64,000 bases of DNA, taken from positions 493,075 to 557,074 of the forward strand of contig CBDCVK010000002.1 in the NCBI GenBank assembly GCA_965223005.1, in the 5' to 3' direction. This DNA comes from Terriglobia bacterium. GTDB taxonomy: Bacteria; Acidobacteriota; Terriglobia; JAJPHL01; JAPKYU01. The notes beneath the pieces are model-generated. The model ran no database searches. It saw only the letters and a list, made by a program, of their open reading frames with translations, and had not been told where the DNA came from. Below, in pieces: positions 29,038 to 39,731 of this stretch (the first letter of the stretch is position 1; every line of letters begins with the position of its first letter). The translations under genes and the position numbers were made by a program.

Positions 29038-29295
29038 ATGAAACGGCACCGAAAGCTGATTCGCCTGATCCTGGAGTACGCCGAGCTGAATGCTACCGGT
29101 TCCGAGGCGTTGGACCCGCCCAAGATAGACGGTTTCACTCCGGCTGAGGTCAACTACCACATAGGTTTGTGCGACGAGGCTAAGTTCCTGCATGTCAATA
29201 GCACTAAAAGTCCAGATGACCCCCGCCAGTACACAATCGTAAACCTTACCTGGGCTGGACACGAGGTTCTTGACCCTAACGGGGTTGCCCCCTAA
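29038..29295 (+). CDS. DUF2513-like protein
   Basis: MKR...LIR.IL...E, V.YH..L..EA.F, LTW.GHE.LD. Confidence 0.8.
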   Translation: MKRHRKLIRLILEYAELNATGSEALDPPKIDGFTPAEVNYHIGLCDEAKFLHVNSTKSPDDPRQYTIVNLTWAGHEVLDPNGVAP

Positions 29296-29365
29296 GCGGT
29301 CCACTTCAGAGTCCAGGCGAGAATCCGTTTACGCACAAACCGATCCAGCACCATCCCGATACGGT

Positions 29366-30577
29366 TCAACGTTTCAATCTCTGTAACTCTTTAAGTGACC
29401 TGGAACCAATTCCCGGCGCCGAGGATCCTGATCTTGGTGTTATCCGATTTGTTCTTGTTCCAGTCATTTGGACACAAGGTGGCAAGCTGGTGGCGCCAGG
29501 TGGAACGCGGGGATACATGCAACCCGCGATAGAATCCGGCCCCGTGAGAGTGAACCGGAAGAAATGGTTATACGCTGCATACTCGATCAGCATGGCATAG
29601 CTTTGCCGCTCCTCTTGCCACAAAGCCAGAACTTCTGCTCCTGACAGGGCAGTTCCAGTGATGGCCAGCGTTCCGTCCGGGCCGCTCAAGAATCGGTCCA
29701 GTGAGAAGAGTTCGCCATACCTTGCTCCCACGGCTCTCACATCCCATGTTCCGGCGATCTGTTCAAGCCGTTGCCGTTCCGAGAGGGTTGGCATTGGCTG
29801 TGGCGGTGTAGGTGTCGGTGGTTCTGGGTTCCCAATCTGAGACCCGGGCATAGGCCGCGCCAAGCGGGAAAATTGAAGATTGCCATCGCAGATAGAGAAT
29901 CCAACGGCGCTCACGTTCCCGTTGATGCGAACCGTTCCAAATTCTCCTCTGGCCTCAGGGAACCGCTCGCTCATCATGAAGTTATCATGCAGGTGGAAGA
30001 GGTTTCCGATGTATTTCAAATCCCCGAGTCTTTCGCCGGCCGTGTTGAACGCCTCCATGGTGGCTGCGCCGGGGGCGTCACTGGCGATCACGATTTGGGA
30101 ATCGCAGCCCTCGAAGTTGAGGAAGGGGACGATGACTCCTGATTTCGCTCCAGACAGGGGTTGGGCTTGAGTGATAACGTACCAAGTCGTATTGTCTGGA
30201 GAGTGCTGTACGTGGAAGACTTCTATGGCAACGCAGCCGTCGTCGTTTTCAACTATGGCGTATCCGCTTCGCTTCTCCCCCACATTTCCAAAGTAGCCAG
30301 ACTGCATTTCCAGCGCGGGAAGTTCCGCGTCGCCAAAACCCCTCCATTCTTTGCCATCGGCGGAAAGATATAGCGTGTCGCCTGAGGAATCATAAAAGTT
30401 GACGGTGTAGGAAGAAGTGGTCGAGCAGAGGTTGAAAATGTGGAAGGCGGTGCTCCATCCACCACCTTGGGAGATGTGCGGAATGAAGCTGGTTTTAGAA
30501 GAAGCATGCGGCGCCAGGATTGACGCCGCCAGAAACACCAATGCCAACAGCAGGCTTCTTTGCAGGCGTGAAAGCAT
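29366..30577 (-). CDS. secreted hypothetical protein with Pro-rich linker
   Basis: AAGGAG RBS, signal peptide, PHI..GGGWST.F, PEPPTPTPPQP linker. Confidence 0.75.
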   Translation of the reverse strand: MLSRLQRSLLLALVFLAASILAPHASSKTSFIPHISQGGGWSTAFHIFNLCSTTSSYTVNFYDSSGDTLYLSADGKEWRGFGDAELPALEMQSGYFGNVGEKRSGYAIVENDDGCVAIEVFHVQHSPDNTTWYVITQAQPLSGAKSGVIVPFLNFEGCDSQIVIASDAPGAATMEAFNTAGERLGDLKYIGNLFHLHDNFMMSERFPEARGEFGTVRINGNVSAVGFSICDGNLQFSRLARPMPGSQIGNPEPPTPTPPQPMPTLSERQRLEQIAGTWDVRAVGARYGELFSLDRFLSGPDGTLAITGTALSGAEVLALWQEERQSYAMLIEYAAYNHFFRFTLTGPDSIAGCMYPRVPPGATSLPPCVQMTGTRTNRITPRSGSSAPGIGSRSLKELQRLKR

Positions 30578-30646
30578 AGAATCTCCTTAGGCGTGGTTCC
30601 GGTCAGCCATTAGGGGCCACCGGGCTAATCGCCAACGATCCTAAGT

Positions 30647-31684
30647 TGGGCTTGATCCGGTTTCGTGGACACGTTCCGAAAGGCGGATACGATGTCCAGA
30701 ATGGGATCAACGAAGGCAGGGAGACGGGCGCGACGACAGTTCAGTGAGGAGTTCCGGATCGGAGCCGTTCGGCTGGTCTTGGATGCGGGCAAGACGGTCG
30801 GCGCCGTCGCGCGCGAGTTGGATCTGACGCCATCGGCCCTGGCGCAGTGGGTGAAGCAGGCACGTGCCGATCGGACGAAGGGCAAGACGGGGCTGACGAC
30901 CGAGGAGCGCGCCGAGCTGGCGCGCCTACGCAAAGACAATCGCGAGCTGCGGATGGAGCGCGACGTCCTAAAAAAAGCCACGGCCTTCTTCGCGAAGGAC
31001 CACCTGTGAAGTTCGCGTGGATCCAGGCGGAGAAGGCCACCTACCCGCTCACGAAGCTCTGCCGCTGGCTCGACGTCACGCGGAGTGGCTTTTACGCCTG
31101 GCGCGCGCGTCCAGAATCAACGCATGCACGCGAGGATCGCCGGCTGACCGTGCTGGTGCGGGCGTCGTTTGAGGCGAGCAAGCAGCGCTACGGCAGCCCG
31201 CGCGTTCACGAGGATCTCCTTGAGCAGGAGGAGCACGTCAGCCGCAAACGGGTCGTGCGCCTGATGCAGAAAGACGGGCTGAAGGCGCGGCGGCGCAAGC
31301 GGTACAAGCTCACCACGATGAGTGATCACGATCAACCGGTGGCGGCCAATCTCCTGGACCGACACTTTGAGGCGGCCGCGCCGAATCAACGGTGGGTCGG
31401 CGACACGACGGAGTTCGTCATCGGCGGCAGCGGGAAGCTCTACCTTGCGGCGATCTTGGATCTGTTCTCCCGGTTCATCGTGGGATGGGCCGTGAGCGCC
31501 GTCAACGACCGCCATCTGACCATCAAGGCGCTCCAGATGGCGCTGAAGCGCCGCTGCCCCGACGCCGGTCTGCTGCACCATTCCGACCAGGGCGGCACCT
31601 ATGCGAGCGAGGACTACCAAGACGTGCTCGACACACACGGTATCATCTGTAGCATGAGCCGCCGGGGCAATTGCTACGACAATG
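30647..31684 (+). mobile_element. IS3 family insertion sequence, 3'-truncated (orfA 30692-31009, orfB via -1 frameshift)
   Basis: TG...TGGACAC left end; orfA RRQFSEEFR..AV, VARELDL; A7G slippery site 30970-30977; orfB YGSPR, WVGDTT, HHSDQG, SMSRRGNCYDNA then cut before the catalytic Glu. Confidence 0.92.
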
Positions 31685-31834
31685 CACCGCATCCGGCAAG
31701 CGTGGTCCAAATCCGACAACGGAACTCCACTGTCGGGACCGGTAGAAATTGACGAGACCTATGTGGGCGGGAGGCGACGCAACATGCCAAGGTCGAAGCG
31801 CAAGGAGCTTGCAGGTCGTGGCCCGGTCGGAAAG
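31682..31834 (+). mobile_element. internal fragment of an IS1595-family transposase
   Basis: HRIRQAW...LSGPVEIDETYVGG...GRGPVGK. Confidence 0.8.
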
Positions 31835-34168
31835 GTCGGGGGAGCTACCTGGATCAGCTCCAACGGCTGGGATTCCGAGCGCAACAAGCCCCAATTCCGT
31901 CTTGGAACCACGCCTCGGATCTTGCTGCATCCGGACGACCCCCAAACTATTTTCCTGGCGCGCAGCTCGGGACTGTGGCGCTCCACGGACGGCGGCGATA
32001 GCTGGTTCCGGCTGGTGGGCGGTGTGGCCACCGACGTCGCCATCCATCCCGACAACCCCAGTCGCATGTTCCTCGCTCTGGGGCGGAACCTGGGAAGCGC
32101 GGGGAATGGGGTCTACCGCTCCGACGACGGCGGCAACACCTGGGGGCGCGTGGCGGGCCTGCCCTTTGGCGAGGAGATCGGCCGGATCAGCCTGGCTGTA
32201 GCACCCAGCAATGGGGCCGTGGTTTACGCGGTGCTGGTCCGTTCCCAGAACCAGCAGCTTCGCGGAGTTTACCGCAGCGTGGACGGGGGGGACTCCTGGA
32301 ATGGGCTGCCTGCGCCACTCTCTCTGTTCGACTCCAACGGTCGCGGCCACGGGTTTTTCGACAATTTTGTCGCTGTGGACCCGCGCGACGCCAACGTGGC
32401 GTATCTGGGCGGCGTGGAGCTTTGGAAAACCATCAACGGCGGGCTGGTCTGGGTCCTGCTGAGCCTGGTGGATCAGCGCATCATCCACGAAGATCAATTC
32501 TCGATTGCCTTCAAACCGGCCGACCCTGATACCGTCTACATCGGCAACGACGGAGGCATCTATAAGACCACCGACGGCGGCGCCACTTGGGCCAGCCTGA
32601 ACAGCGGCTTGCCCATCACCCAGATCAACAGTGTCGCGGTGCATCCGCAAGACCCGCAGATCGCGCTGGCCGGTACCCAGGATCAGGGACTGATCCGCTT
32701 CGCAGGAAGCAGCACTTGGGAGCAGTTGTTCCGCGGCGATGCTGGAGCGGTCATGTTCGACCCGGTCAATCCCAACATCATCCTGACCACAAAGAACCTG
32801 ATGCGGCCACGGCGGTCAGTGGACGGCGGAGCTAGTTTTTCGGACATCAGCGCTGGCATTGATCCTCGCGACCGGGGGGCGTTTTATCCTCCCGTGGTCG
32901 CCTCGCCAGAGAGTCCCGGATTCCTCTACTTCGGAACGCACCGGGTGTGGAATTCCATCGACGGGGGTGCGACCTGGGTGCCGATCAGTCCCGACCTGAC
33001 CGACGGCGGCGCGCTGACCGCGCTGGCGGTCTCTCCTGGTTCCTCCTCCACAATTTGGGCGGGCAGCAGCGATGGGCGGGTCCATGTGTCGACCGGCCTG
33101 GGCTTTTGGCACAGCATCACCGGTCTCCCTAGGCGTTGGGTTACCTCCATCCTGCCTGATCCGCGCAACCCTGGTGTCGTCTACCTCACCGTTTCTGGCT
33201 TCGGCACCGGACACATCTTCAAGATCACCGGAACGGGAAATACCTTGACGGACATCAGCGGCAACCTGCCAAATGCGCCAGCCAACGCGGTGGCGATCGA
33301 CGAGCGCGGCCCGCTTTACGTGGCCACCGACGTGGGCGTATTTCGCAGCGAAGATGGCACCTCGTGGGCTTCGTTCAACGCCGGTTTGCCCAACGCCTTT
33401 GTGACGTCGCTGGCCCTGGACACCAGCTCTGGCACCCTGACGGCCGGCACCTTCGGGCGCAGTGCCTACCGTGGCCAACTGCAGGCCCCCGAGAGCGGGC
33501 CGAACGTGCTGGCGCAAGGTGTGGTCAACTCCGCCACCTATCAGTCGCTGTTGGCGCCGGGCGGCATCGCTTCGCTGTTTGGCACGCAACTGGCGGCGAC
33601 CACCGCGCACAGTTCCGAGCAGCCCCTGCCGACCTCGTTGGAAGGTGTCAGCGTCACGGTCAATGGGGAGCCGGCACCGCTGTTCGTGGTGAGCCCGCTC
33701 CAGATCAATTTCCAGGTCCCGTTTAAGATTGTCGACTCGCAGGCATTGGTTCAGGTAAGCACTACGGAAGGGACGGCGGCCGGTCGGGCTCCGGTACTGT
33801 CGACGAGTCCGGGAATCTTCGACGGCACGATAGCCCATGGCGCCACGGGCACTCCGGTGGATGGAAGCAACCCTGCGGCTCGAGGTGAAATCCTGGTGCT
33901 GTTTGCCACCGGTCTGGGAGCCACTCAGCCGGAGGTGGCCAGCGGCTCCCCCGCACCATCCGATCCCCTCGCCAGAACAGCGATTCCAGTCACTGCCCGC
34001 TTCGGAGACCAACAGGCGCCTGTCCACTTCGCCGGCTTGGCACCGGGCTTTGTCGGCCTCTATCAGGTGAATATTCAGGTTCCGGAAGGTGTGAGCGGCG
34101 ACGTGCCGCTAACCATTCAGGCAGGTGGGCGAAGCAGCAACGCAGTGATCGTTTCCATCCGGCCATGA
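31835..34168 (+). pseudogene. 5'-truncated BNR/Asp-box beta-propeller protein with TIGR03437-like C-terminal domain
   Basis: many S.DGG.SW/TW repeats; GVVNSA.Y...APG.IASLFG...QINFQVP...FAGLAPGFVGLYQVN; native N-terminus replaced by a transposase fragment. Confidence 0.8.
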
Positions 34169-34232
34169 CAAGTTGCGGAGGTTATGTTCTTGCGGCGAAT
34201 CCTGGGGTCTGATACAGTGCGGCTCTAACTCC

Positions 34233-34857
34233 ATGCTTTGGCGGTCAAGCAGCGGAAAGGCAGCGCTGCGGGTCTTGTGTGCGGTGGCGTTTCTGCTGAG
34301 CGCGCCGGGAGCCACGCTGGCTGCCGACCTAGTGGCGGCGCGTGTCCTCAGCGTGAGCGGGCGGGTGTCGCTGGAACGTAAGCCGGATCTATGGGCGGTT
34401 CGCACCGATCAGTTCATCCAACCGGGTGAGGTGATTGTCTCCGGTCCGGACGGCCACGCGGTGCTGGAGTTGGAGGACGGGAGCAATGGCGGTCGAGGAA
34501 GGTCTGCTGGCGGTAGCCCATAAGTTGCTCCCCAGAGGGCGCGAAGTACTGGTGAAGACGGGTGAAGTGCTCGTCGTGCGGCCCACCGAGCCACTCACTT
34601 CCGTTTCGGTCAACAAGGGGCGGCTGGCGGTGCGCATCTTGAGAGTGGCTGTGGAGGCCGCTCTGCGGACAGGGCGCTTAGGCGGAGGCGGTCGCGGGTC
34701 TGCACCCAGCGGCGGTGGCGGTGGTGGCGGCAGCAGCGGGGGCGGGGACTTGGGCCAGGCGCCTCCCCCACCTCCCGATGTGCCCGATGATGACAGCGGC
34801 CCGGGAGCAGGGCAGCCTTTCCAAGCTCCTCCGCCAAAACCAAAAATCAACAAGTAG
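34233..34857 (+). pseudogene. FecR-domain-like secreted protein with internal deletion/frameshift
   Basis: signal peptide, VSG.V, GE.IVSGPDG.A.LELEDGS, then jumps frame at about 34485 to VEEG...V; Gly/Pro tail. Confidence 0.65.
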
Positions 34858-34904
34858 TCCCTGAAGCTACCTCTGCGACCAAGACACCCTCTACTGCTTC
34901 GACA

Positions 34905-35477
34905 TCAGCCGCTCCCAGTGACCGGGAGCGGGCAGTAGGCGTCTTCGGAGAAGCCCTGGGACTCGATGGCCAGGGCATGGTCGAAGCGAGCCCTAAAGTT
35001 CTCCCAGGCGATGGCCGCAGTCAGCTCCACTAGCTGGGCCTCGTTGAACTCGCGGCTCAGTGCGGCGAACAGCGCATCGGGAACCTCAACCGGCGTTTTC
35101 GTCATCGCCACGGCGTATTCGATCACCAGTTTTTCCAGCGGGGAAAATGTGGGGCTGTCTTTGTAGACCGCCAAGTCGCGGAGCTGCTCCTCGGTGATCC
35201 CGGCCGCCCTGCCCACGGCAGAGCCGATGTCAATTCAAAAGGGACAGCCGACCAGCGTCGCCGCCTTGACTTGGGCCAGCGATTTCAACCGCTCCTCCAC
35301 CAGGCGGGAGCGTTCCAGGGCATACTCAAATGCGCCATAGCCATTGAGCAACCAGGTGTGGCGCGCGTACACCGTCAGCGGCTCAGGCACTTTGCCGACC
35401 CGCCGACGCGCGAACCAGTAGGCCAGGCGGGCCAGCAAGCCGGCTTTATCTTCCGCGATTCCGTCAATCCTTGCCAT
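34905..35477 (-). CDS. AhpD/carboxymuconolactone decarboxylase family protein, probable selenoprotein (CxxU)
   Basis: two ORFs in the same frame joined by TGA 35237-35235: LVGCPF*IDIGSAVG; C-terminal LVELTAAIAWENFRARF. Confidence 0.88.
35206..35224 (-). promoter_or_regulatory. candidate bacterial SECIS hairpin
   Basis: GCUCUGCC-GUG-GGCAGGGC stem-loop; loop starts with G, 18 nt after UGA. Confidence 0.7.
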
Positions 35478-35555
35478 TTTCTACCAGGCCATTTTCTACC
35501 AGGGAAGTTGCTTAAACTCCCTTTTATGAAATCGATTTAGGAAATCGATTGAACG

Positions 35556-36885
35556 TCAAATGGTAATAGCTAATTTGTCGCGATCTCTTTCTAGAAGAGT
35601 AAAGCGAATCCTCCTATTTGATCGCCGGTTGATGTCGCGCATCTTCTCTTCGACATCCTTCATGTGGTTCCTTCGGGACGACTTGGAGTTTGGGTTGGAC
35701 GAGGAGGAACTGAACCAGAATCGGCAGCGGCTGCCTGCCTTAGGGTGCGAGCTACGCTCACTGTTCGATCCAATGCGGGACTTTGCGATCGCCTCCAAAA
35801 TCTCAAGATCAGGATTGTGGTGAGCACCATCACCACAGAATACATAGTCGTCCGCGATAACTTTGCGATAAAACTGTTCATCGGTATTATGCTCGGAGCC
35901 ATGGTGGGGAATCTTGAGAAGATTTACGTGCAGAGAGTCGTCCTCATGCCTGCCGATGCGCCTGAAGTGCTTCAGGCCAGCCAGGATGTCTTCCCCATGA
36001 CCGTCACCTGTTAGTAGAAGCGTCTTGTCGTTTTCCTCAACCAGGAACATGAGAGAAGCGAGATTCTGGGTTGTGACAGCGGTGCGCGCGCCCAGTGCAT
36101 TTCCCATTAAAGTACGAGCAGCTTGTAACCCTTCCAGGCTCGACGAGGCCAAAGCCTCTTCATCTCTGCGATGGCGCCTTCGAATCCTATTAAGGTGCTG
36201 CTCAGTGGAATGCTTCTGCAGCCATGCGTTCCACCTCGTCCCGGAGCTTCTGGAGGTCGGCCTCGGACGGACCAAGAATCTGAAAGGCCATACCGCCTAA
36301 CGACAAAGTGCTGCGAGTCCTCGGTCGAAGCATGACCTTGTTGTTTGCCGGCGCGTTTACAGGTATTTTCAACTGCTTGCCACCGACTCGCTTGGTGACC
36401 TCGATGGCATCGGCCATACTTGACGCCAATTCCTGGTACCCATCTGCCAACTCGCCTAGCTTACCGCTAGAAAATCCTCGGAGGACACGTGCGGTCGCCG
36501 CCGAGTTGGCTGCGAATCCGGCCACTGTTCGCGCCAAGTTGCTCGTGAAAGGCATTGTGCCAGATGCCCAGGATCTCCGGCGGGCGCTCAACCTTTGGCT
36601 TGCGGTTCCGCCGTCAGGACTCGGATTCGTTCGGAAGTGTTCATGGACCCGCCACTCGACGAAATCCTCAAGCATCTGGAGAATACCGAAGACGTGATCG
36701 CGATCGACATGTGAAATATAGACTACATCTAGCGGAAGTTTGTCGCGTCGCATTCGTCTCAAGTGTAGGAGCTACGTGGCGTGTATAGGAATCGCGCATG
36801 CCGCCGTCGATTAGCATGTGCTTGCCGTCCGCCCCTTCGAGCAGAAGGCAATCACCCTTATCCGATTGAAAAACTCTAATTTCAC
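35556..36885 (-). pseudogene. MBL-fold (ComEC/Avs1a-like) metallo-hydrolase, multiple frameshifts
   Basis: reassembled across frames: KGDCLLL, LIDGG, SHVDRDH, IWHNAF, NLASLMF, LLTGDG, KIPHHGS, DGAHHNPD; GGAGGTG RBS, GTG 36885. Confidence 0.8.
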
Positions 36886-38960
36886 GGCTCCACCTCCTGC
36901 CGTTTCAGAGCCTCGCTCGCTTGCCGCACACACTCTGCGGGATCAACCTTCCGAAACCAGCGTCGTTCGTCCAGTCGAAATCATCGTTCGGCAGTGGCTG
37001 GGCGGTTCGCTTGATGATTCCGGCGATCTGTGCCGCGGTTAGTCGCGGTTCGGCAGCCAACATAAGGGCGATCACCCCGGCTACAAAGGGGCTGGCCATG
37101 CTGGTGCCCGTCATGCTAATCCATTCCTCCCCCGGATCACCGAAGCCGTTAGCGGCTATGATGTCTGTACCCGGTGCGGCGACCTCTGGTTTAGTTCTGC
37201 CGTCTCGGGTCGGTCCTTGACTGCTGGTGACGTTGATTGTTTCGGTCTGTTCGTCGAGGTTGGCAACCGACACGATCCGCTGGCCGCAGGCTAGTGAGCT
37301 GACGGAAGAGTTGTCAACGTTCGAGGATCCGGCGAAGAACGATGGGAAGCGCCAAAGACTGGTGTCGCCGATTTGCCCTGGATCGTCGCGTTCAATCCAG
37401 CCATGAAACCGGCCATCTCGAATCTCATCCCCGTGCAATCGCACAGTCCAGACTCCTGCTTTTACTCCTATAACCTCGTCCGGCGTGTCGACTTCGAGGA
37501 ATGGACTCAAGTAAATCGACATGTAGTTTGAGCCGTTGGCAGGATAATACAGTTCACTATAGATGCTAACCAGGCTCCCGTCATCGAGAATATGGTTCTC
37601 TAGAAACTCTTGTGGCTTGATCGGCCCAATCCAGTCCCCGCCGGGCGGCCTGATCGATATGGATATACGGTCTTGCGCTTCGTACCAAATCTCGAGTTCG
37701 TTCTCAGAAATGTCTTCCAGGCCGTCACCCACCACGAGCCATCGGATATCGTGATCCAGGCCCGCTGCCTGAATCCGCCCGCTGGTATGAATGCGGCCCA
37801 TGATGAAGCCCAAATCCCCCTCTTCCATTGGACCCTCTTGACCTGAGTTGCCAGCGGCTACGCAAATACTGCGTCCAGGAACCGCGAGCGCGGAGTCGGC
37901 CCAGCGACTCAACGCGCTGCTGGCGTCGTGCGCATGCGAATTCGTCCCGAGGCTGATGTTGATCGAAGCCGGAACGCCCAACTCATCCGCGATGCGGAAC
38001 AGATAGTCGATGGCGTGTGCAAGCCTCGTGGAATCGTAGAACGATCTTCTACGATCATTGTCCTCAGGTGGTAGATCGATTAAGACCGCCGCAAGAATCG
38101 CTCTGGGACAGACCCCGCTGTTCCCACCGGCAATGCTTGCTACGTGGGTCCCGTGCGACCCGGCAAAACTCTGCGACTGAGGTTCGAGATCAACCGGAGA
38201 AACGCCGATGTTAGCCGTCAAAGCGGCGTTCAAATGGTTCGCAGTCAGCTCGGAGCCATAGTCGTAGGGGGCGTTTTCATTGGCTTTTGGCGTCGAGCGG
38301 TGGGTTCCTCCTTGATCCCATATGCGAAAGAACCGCGTATGCCCTTGTTGGTCGAGAAAATCCGGACGGCTGAAGTCGAAACCATCTACATCGATCACAC
38401 CAATTAGAACAGGCTTCCCGTTGTCTAGGAGCCCGCCTCGGTGCAAATTGCGGGTCTCCGCAAGAGCCTGGACAGTGATTTCCGAGTGGGAATTCCCGGC
38501 GACTCCACTAACAAAGGAGGTCGCGAATCTGGGTCGGCGTAGAGGATCGCCCTGACTAACAAAACTGACATCACTACGTCCTGCGATCTCTCCGATTTCT
38601 GCCAGGGGCACCTGCGCTGTAACAATGTTGCCTAATCGTCCTGTTTCAAGACCAAGTTTCGCCGGGGATTTGATGCGGCCATCAAACTCGACAAAGACGT
38701 TTACCCTTGTCTGGCTCTCCACCTCATCCAGGGATTTTGGTCGCTTCTTCCGCCTTTTCTGCGTGAGCAGGATTTCTGGGGCCGCCTGTACGAGTGGTGT
38801 TTCATCCAGCAATTTGACCTGATCGGTAGCCAGGCAAGCGCACTGTTGCGACCGAGCCAAATTTAACGCGCCCGCTGCTGTTGCGCATCATGCGAAGCTT
38901 AGGATGTATCACCTGATCATGCTCGGTGTGAGAGACCGACCGTTTGGCTAAGATTTTCAT
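36882..38960 (-). CDS. S8 (subtilisin-like) serine peptidase, frameshifts near both ends
   Basis: triad IGVIDVDG, HGTHVASIAGG, GTSMASP; AAGNSG; KPEVAAPG; AGGAGG RBS before ATG 38960. Confidence 0.9.
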
Positions 38961-39066
38961 TTGAGCCTCCTGACTGGGCCACATCTTACATGAGGTATAT
39001 CCCTTAGATTACGACCTACAATCTCCGGCTTTGTATAGTGAGCAATCTAAGAATTTGCAACGTTTA

Positions 39067-39729
39067 TTAGAAACCTTCTTGGATCAGACGCTTAACGGTG
39101 AGAGTTTCAGCGGGGCGCTCAACGTTTGCCAGCAGGCGTTCCAGGTGGCGGGCCAGCAGATCGCACTCCAGGTTAAGCTGGTCACCCGGCTGGCAGGCGT
39201 GCAGGTTGGTGTGCTTGTGCGTGAGGGGGACAACAGCCACCCCTAACGCGTCGCCTTCGAGCGAGGCTACCGTGAGGCTGATGCCATTCAGGGCCACAGA
39301 GCCCTTCCAGGCCACGTAGCGGAGCAGCTCCGCCGACACACGCGCTTCTAACCAGTAGTTGCCTTCAGCGTCCAGAGATCGGTAGCAGAGCACTTCGGCC
39401 ACGCCGTCCACGTGTCCCTGGACCAGATGCCCGCCCAGAGGCGAGTTTAGCGTCAGCGGGCGCTCTAGATTCACCAGTGAACCGGGCACTAGCGCGCCCA
39501 GGTTGGTGCGGGCTACGGTTTCCGGCGAAAGGTCGCAGCGGAACGACTTGCTGTCAGCGGCAAGCACGGTGAGGCAGACGCCATTGACAGCAATGCTGTC
39601 GGAGGTATGCAATTCTGATGCCAGCGGCGCGCGGACCACGAGCCGACGCCCGGCCGCTTCCAAAACAGGGCCAGCCGGGGCGGTCAACTCCGCCACCTGT
39701 CCGCCCGCTTCAATGATCCCTGTAAACAT
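39067..39729 (-). CDS. ribE: riboflavin synthase alpha chain
   Basis: MFTGII, SIAVNGVCLTV, VNLER, GGHLVQGHVDG, KGSVALNGISLTV. Confidence 0.96.
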   Translation of the reverse strand: MFTGIIEAGGQVAELTAPAGPVLEAAGRRLVVRAPLASELHTSDSIAVNGVCLTVLAADSKSFRCDLSPETVARTNLGALVPGSLVNLERPLTLNSPLGGHLVQGHVDGVAEVLCYRSLDAEGNYWLEARVSAELLRYVAWKGSVALNGISLTVASLEGDALGVAVVPLTHKHTNLHACQPGDQLNLECDLLARHLERLLANVERPAETLTVKRLIQEGF

Positions 39730-39731
39730 TG

